From positions 1,916,195 to 1,980,194 of the forward strand of contig OY782038.1 of the NCBI GenBank assembly GCA_963677575.1: a stretch of 64,000 bases of DNA. Reading direction: 5' to 3'. Below, piece after piece: positions 59,442-64,000 of this stretch. A program made the translations under genes and the position numbers. The notes beneath the pieces were generated by a model. That model did not search any database. It was given only the letters and a program-made list of their open reading frames with translations, and was not told the origin of the DNA. The stretch comes from an uncultured Draconibacterium sp. GTDB lineage: Bacteria; Bacteroidota; Bacteroidia; Bacteroidales; Prolixibacteraceae. Positions within the stretch are counted from its first letter, which is position 1, and every line of letters begins with the position of its first letter.

Positions 59442-60788
59442 CTAATATTTGCTGCGGTAAATCGATAATGAAAACTCCGGCCCCGGTACAACAAACTGTT
59501 CGCCATCGGCAATACGCCAGGCAGCGTTCAGCTTCACCCTCGACTTGCTGTTCAGTTGTGTGAAATAGGCAACATAAGGAATAAAATTGTTGCTTAACGA
59601 ACCAACGTTATCGAAATTATTCAGCTCGATACCAGGTACATAACGCATTCCAAAATCGAACTGCGTTTTCAGGTTCGGGTAGTAACTCCAACCGAGGTTA
59701 ATCTCAGCAGTTGCCCAGTCGCGGCTCACATTCGAGTTAGTCAGGTACTCATCAATGTACTCCATATTCGTTTTGGTATAGCGGTTATACACCAGTCCTG
59801 CCGAGAAATTGCGATTCCATTTTACATTTACATATTTGGCATTATCGTACTGAATGTATCCACCAAACAGGAAATCAGGCTCCTGATTGTAATATTTAAA
59901 ATGCGGACCAATTTCAAAGCGATTTCCCTGGTAACGCGGATCAAATTCACTGAAATGCCACTCGGCAGCCATCGATTCAGGCGAAGCCAGCACAAAAGTA
60001 CCGCGGATAAAATCGACCACTTCCTCCATTTCTTTTTCAGGAACATGTCCTTCCTTAAATTCGCGGTTGTGTTTTATATTGGCAATTACCTGTGCAAACT
60101 GTGCAATTTCGTAATCAGAAAATAAACGACCGGGGTAATACTTTTCCAACAGGTAGTGCGCGGTCATTAAATGGTTCATCGGGCTCAATCGTCCCGATCC
60201 CCAACCAACTTTAGCATTCAAACCATAACGCAGGCGATCTTTTGTATCACTTTCGTCAACCGGTGTGGTTACACCCAGCGAGTCGGTGCTGGTTCCGTCC
60301 AGGTTTTGTTTATACACCTCGTATCGTCCCCAGGCACTTACATCAATTACGGTATAACTTTTTGCATCGTAATAATAGCGGTAACTATAATCGATATTGG
60401 CCGAAGCTCGTACTCCATAAAAATCCTGGTCGGCTGTAATATATTCCACTTTCGAGCTGTCGGTCCAATCGCCATAACCGCCGTATGGCCCAACTTCTAA
60501 TCGTATATTCAGGCGTTCCTGTTTGTAATCCAGTAAATTCCAGTAGGTATTTTCAATACCGAATTTGCCATTTAGCAAGGTACGATCTTCATCAAAACGG
60601 CTTTCGTCGCTCAACAATTCTTCCGTTTCTTTACTCACGCCCAAAATCAATCCCCAATTCAGTTCGCGCTTTTTAAACGAAACAACATCGTTATTGATCT
60701 CAGGCTCTTGCGCATTGACCATAAAAACAGCAAATACAAAAATCAGAGGTAAATAAATTCTGGGGAACAGGCTATTTAGTTTTCTCAT
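59442..60788 (-). CDS. putative outer-membrane beta-barrel protein, distant paralogue of 55951-57342
   Basis: signal peptide; shared G.GR..A.Y..E helical insert; terminal aromatic residue. Confidence 0.7.
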   Translation of the reverse strand: MRKLNSLFPRIYLPLIFVFAVFMVNAQEPEINNDVVSFKKRELNWGLILGVSKETEELLSDESRFDEDRTLLNGKFGIENTYWNLLDYKQERLNIRLEVGPYGGYGDWTDSSKVEYITADQDFYGVRASANIDYSYRYYYDAKSYTVIDVSAWGRYEVYKQNLDGTSTDSLGVTTPVDESDTKDRLRYGLNAKVGWGSGRLSPMNHLMTAHYLLEKYYPGRLFSDYEIAQFAQVIANIKHNREFKEGHVPEKEMEEVVDFIRGTFVLASPESMAAEWHFSEFDPRYQGNRFEIGPHFKYYNQEPDFLFGGYIQYDNAKYVNVKWNRNFSAGLVYNRYTKTNMEYIDEYLTNSNVSRDWATAEINLGWSYYPNLKTQFDFGMRYVPGIELNNFDNVGSLSNNFIPYVAYFTQLNSKSRVKLNAAWRIADGEQFVVPGPEFSLSIYRSKY

Positions 60789-60957
60789 TTTCCGACTTTG
60801 AAATTAGCCACAAAGAAAATAAACCTTCTGAAAACTACGCGCATAATCCGGTTAATAAAAGTTAAGCACTTACGGTTGGCGAGCGAAAAAACGGCAGCTT
60901 TGGGGTTAAAATAAAAGGATTGGTTAATTTTGCGGTCTAATTTGAATACAAACAGAC

Positions 60958-61773
60958 ATGTCAGTACATAGCGAAGTTCGTAAAGTTACCACGCACCGTT
61001 TATCGGAAATGAAATTGCGTGGCGAAAAAATATCGATGTTAACTGCCTATGATTACAGTATGGCGCAGTTGGTTGATGAAGCAGGATTGGATGTTATTCT
61101 GGTTGGCGACTCGGCCTCGAACGTAATGGCGGGCCACGAAACCACACTGCCCATTACCCTTAATGAAATGATCTTTATGGGGGCATCAGTGGTGCGCGCC
61201 GTAAACCGTGCACTTGTTGTGGTAGACCTTCCGTTCGGAACCTACCAGGGCAACTCGCGCGAAGCGCTTAATTCGGCCATTCGTATTATGAAAGAAACAG
61301 CTGCCGACGCGGTAAAACTTGAAGGTGGCGAAGAAGTAATCGAATCGGTAAAACGTATTCTTTCGGCCGGAATTCCGGTAATGGGGCACCTAGGGCTGAT
61401 GCCACAGTCGATTCATAAGTTTGGGACCTACACCGTACGTGCCAAACAGGAAGCTGAAGCCGAGAAACTGATCAACGACGCCAAACTACTGGAAGAAGCC
61501 GGCTGTTTTGCAGTGGTATTGGAAAAAATTCCTGCCTCGCTTGGAGAAGAGGTTGCCAAAGCGCTTAAGATTCCGGTAATTGGAATTGGTGCCGGTGGCG
61601 GTGTTGATGGTCAGGTGTTGGTAATTCACGATATGTTGGGAATTACCCAACAATTCTCGCCACGCTTTTTACGTCGTTACCACAACCTTGCAGCCGAAAT
61701 AAAAGGTGCTGTAGGAAATTACATCAACGATGTAAAATCGCAGGATTTCCCGAGCGATAAGGAACAGTATTAA
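60958..61773 (+). CDS. panB: 3-methyl-2-oxobutanoate hydroxymethyltransferase
   Basis: MLTAYDY, LVGDS, AVKLEGG, GHLGL.PQ, GIGAG. Confidence 0.97.
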   Translation: MSVHSEVRKVTTHRLSEMKLRGEKISMLTAYDYSMAQLVDEAGLDVILVGDSASNVMAGHETTLPITLNEMIFMGASVVRAVNRALVVVDLPFGTYQGNSREALNSAIRIMKETAADAVKLEGGEEVIESVKRILSAGIPVMGHLGLMPQSIHKFGTYTVRAKQEAEAEKLINDAKLLEEAGCFAVVLEKIPASLGEEVAKALKIPVIGIGAGGGVDGQVLVIHDMLGITQQFSPRFLRRYHNLAAEIKGAVGNYINDVKSQDFPSDKEQY

Positions 61774-61785
61774 AGTTCAACTTAC

Positions 61786-61874
61786 TGTCATTTCGAAGGA
61801 AAGAATGACTGAGAAATCTTTATCTTAGAAACAGATTTCTCCTCTCCTGAAGTTTCGGGATCGTCGAAATGATA
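61786..61874. repeat. REP-like inverted doublet
   Basis: TGTCATTTCGA..GAGAAATCT / AGATTTCTC..TCGAAATGATA. Confidence 0.7.
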
Positions 61875-61887
61875 ATAAGCACTGAGA

Positions 61888-62595
61888 ATGGAAGTAATTT
61901 ACGAAGACAACCATATTATTGCAATAAACAAGGCGTGCGGCGACGTTGTGCAGGGCGATAAAACCGGCGACGAAACCGTTTTGGACAAGGTGAAACATTA
62001 CCTGAAAGTGAAATACAACAAACCGGGAAATGTATACCTTGGCCTGCCTCACCGCCTCGACCGCCCAACAAGTGGTATTCTTATTTTGGCCAAAACCAGC
62101 AAAGTGCTGCCACGCCTCAATAAGCTTTTCCAAACCAAAGATGCCATGCGAAAAGTGTATTGGGCAGTAGTTGATAAACGTCCGCCAAAATACACCGACA
62201 CGCTGGAGCACTACCTGCGAAAAGATCAGGAGAAAAACCGGAGTTACGCCTACATCGAACCAAAACCGGGAGCGAAATTTGCCAGCCTCACCTACCGTCA
62301 TGTGGCCAGCATCGACCGCTACCATTTGCTGGAGGTGGAAATACACACGGGTCGTCATCACCAGATAAGGGTGCAGTTGCGCCAGTTGCATTTACATATT
62401 AAAGGCGATTTAAAGTACGGTGCTGCACGCTCGAATAAAGACAAAGGTATTCACCTGCATGCACGCCAGGTAGAGCTGATCCACCCCGTGCGAAAAACAC
62501 CACTTACCATTGTTGCCGATCCGCCAAAAGATCCGGTTTGGGATGAGTTTTTAAAACTTTTTAAAGCCGGGAAGTTTAGTCCGGTGAAGGTGTAA
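61888..62595 (+). CDS. RluA-family RNA pseudouridine synthase
   Basis: HRLDRPTSG, TGRHHQIR, LHA. Confidence 0.93.
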   Translation: MEVIYEDNHIIAINKACGDVVQGDKTGDETVLDKVKHYLKVKYNKPGNVYLGLPHRLDRPTSGILILAKTSKVLPRLNKLFQTKDAMRKVYWAVVDKRPPKYTDTLEHYLRKDQEKNRSYAYIEPKPGAKFASLTYRHVASIDRYHLLEVEIHTGRHHQIRVQLRQLHLHIKGDLKYGAARSNKDKGIHLHARQVELIHPVRKTPLTIVADPPKDPVWDEFLKLFKAGKFSPVKV

Positions 62596-62820
62596 GTTGA
62601 AGGACTGAGGGACTGATTGGTGAATGAGTGATTAGGAGATATTGCAAGGCGAAAATGCTTAAATGATTCAATCTTGTTTTTCGGCTTTGCGTAATACCGT
62701 TCTTTAAACTTGTGGCTAGTGGATAAAAGCTGTTCTCAACTTCTGACTTTCTTCTCTTAGAAACTCTGTGGTTACTTTGTGTAACTCTGTGGTAAAGAAT
62801 TCGGATTTTCTATAAAACTG

Positions 62821-62855
62821 AAACAGATCTCTCCTCGTTCCTCGTCGAGATGACA
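62821..62855. repeat. single REP-like unit related to 61829-61874
   Basis: AAACAGATCTCTCCTC-GTTCC-TCGTCGAGATGACA. Confidence 0.65.
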
Positions 62856-62965
62856 GCAGTTCTCAACTTTCTACATTTGCTCCTGATGCTGTAGTCGGGA
62901 TTTTGTCCGGTAATACCGTCCTCAACTTTTACCTTTTCACTTTTGCCTTTTGCCTTGGGAATCAT

Positions 62966-63448
62966 CTACTCCAAATCACGGGGTTTAAATGCAAAAGGCA
63001 ACAAATTATCGGCACCTTCCAATACCAGGATATGTTTGCGGCCATCCATAATTATGCGAATGTGTTTTTTATATCGTGTTTCGGTTTCTACCAGCACCTG
63101 GCGGCACGAACCACACGGTTGCGCCGGATGCTCAACTATTCCATGCGAATTTTTTGCAGTTACGGCAATGGCTGTTACTGCCTGATCGGGGTAGGTAGAG
63201 TTGGCATAAAACAAAGCTACCCGCTCGGCACAAAGGCCATCGGTAAAGTCGACGTTTTCCTGGTTGCTGCCTGTAATTACCTCACCGTTTTCGAGCAAAA
63301 GCGCGGCACCCACACAAAATTTTGAATAAGGTGCATAAGCATTTTTACTGGCCTTGCGCGCTGCAAGTAATAATTTTTGATCGGCCTCGGGCAATTCCAC
63401 TACTGCATCGTATTCGCAAACCTTTATCCTGAGTTCTTTCCTTCGCAT
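62966..63448 (-). CDS. cdd: cytidine deaminase
   Basis: AYAPYSKF.VGAA, G.NQEN, CAER, PCGSCRQ. Confidence 0.95.
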   Translation of the reverse strand: MRRKELRIKVCEYDAVVELPEADQKLLLAARKASKNAYAPYSKFCVGAALLLENGEVITGSNQENVDFTDGLCAERVALFYANSTYPDQAVTAIAVTAKNSHGIVEHPAQPCGSCRQVLVETETRYKKHIRIIMDGRKHILVLEGADNLLPFAFKPRDLE

Positions 63449-63663
63449 AAACGGGTATTTTTCTCAAATGTACAATTTTATATTAAATGGTAATTGAAAG
63501 GATGTGTTTTCAACTACAGGGAAATCGTTGTTTAATTTCTTTTATCCAAAATCCAATAAACCCATCTTACTCACGTTTCATTGTTTATAAAATGCTTTGT
63601 TTTTGGTGGGTAAATGCCCCGAGGTATTTTATTTTTGGCATCAGCAAACGTTGTAACAGAAAC

Positions 63664-64000
63664 ATGAGACACATAATTTCCTTTACCTTTTTTATTTTAC
63701 TGGCCACAAGCGCAATTTCTCAACGAATTACCCGCGAAGAATACATCAGGCAGTGGCAACTGGTGGCTATTGAAGAGATGAACCGTAGCGGAATACCAGC
63801 CAGTATTACCATGGCGCAGGGTTGTTTGGAATCGGGAAACGGCAACAGCGAACTGTCGCGAGAATCGAACAACCATTTTGGTATTAAATGTAAAAGAAGC
63901 TGGAAAGGGAAAAAAGTGTATTACGACGACGACCGTCGTAACGAGTGTTTCAGAAGTTACCGCTCGGTAAAAGATTCATATGAAGATCATACCGACTTTC
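63664..64000 (+). CDS. GH73 glucosaminidase-domain protein (3'-truncated; absent from the ORF track)
   Basis: ATG 63664 reads MRHIISF...IPASITMAQGCLESGNG.S.LS...NNHFGIKC...FRSY; open to window end. Confidence 0.88.
   Translation, partial: MRHIISFTFFILLATSAISQRITREEYIRQWQLVAIEEMNRSGIPASITMAQGCLESGNGNSELSRESNNHFGIKCKRSWKGKKVYYDDDRRNECFRSYRSVKDSYEDHTDF

Noticed and set aside
1-64000. Remaining short ORFs overlapping annotated genes; IS elements, integrases, rRNA, prophage
   Set aside because: The short ORFs are shadow frames with no motifs; no transposase, recombinase, rRNA or phage structural genes were recognised.

Overview
Bacteroidota chromosome window (Prolixibacteraceae/Draconibacterium-like judging by TAnnTTTG promoters, T9SS C-terminal domains and a SusC/SusD pair; taxon is inferred). 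Contents in order: (1) a tetrameric NADH-linked [FeFe]-hydrogenase operon (Hnd/HydABCD type) preceded by a regulatory cascade (DRTGG, anti-sigma kinase, atypical [FeFe]-hydrogenase-like protein, PHP, HATPase) and a divergent PAS + SpoIIE pair; (2) two tRNA-Val(UAC) genes followed by three ~356-bp units of hairpin + small GIY-YIG nuclease ORF + tRNA-like element; (3) housekeeping genes (folC, PIN-PhoH, mtaB, IMPase, deoC, xseAB, panB, RluA, cdd, dnaK) and a TPP riboswitch-controlled TonB receptor; (4) an AT-rich accessory block (ECF-FecR-SusC-SusD-BNR/GEVED protein, 71-aa-repeat surface protein, propeller kinase + LytTR); (5) an MntA-HepT pair with a broken toxin. Best candidate for an undescribed system: the tRNA-Val-anchored GIY-YIG array. 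Each nuclease ORF ends inside a tRNA-derived element whose anticodon arm is replaced by a TCCCGAT-N4-ATCGGGA palindrome, and the same palindrome recurs in the TPP riboswitch and in a REP-like repeat. Second best: a gapless ~80% identical copy of the dnaK 3' end 10.2 kb downstream of dnaK, bracketing an island-like block. All alignments were done by eye; no database searches were run, so novelty is unconfirmed.
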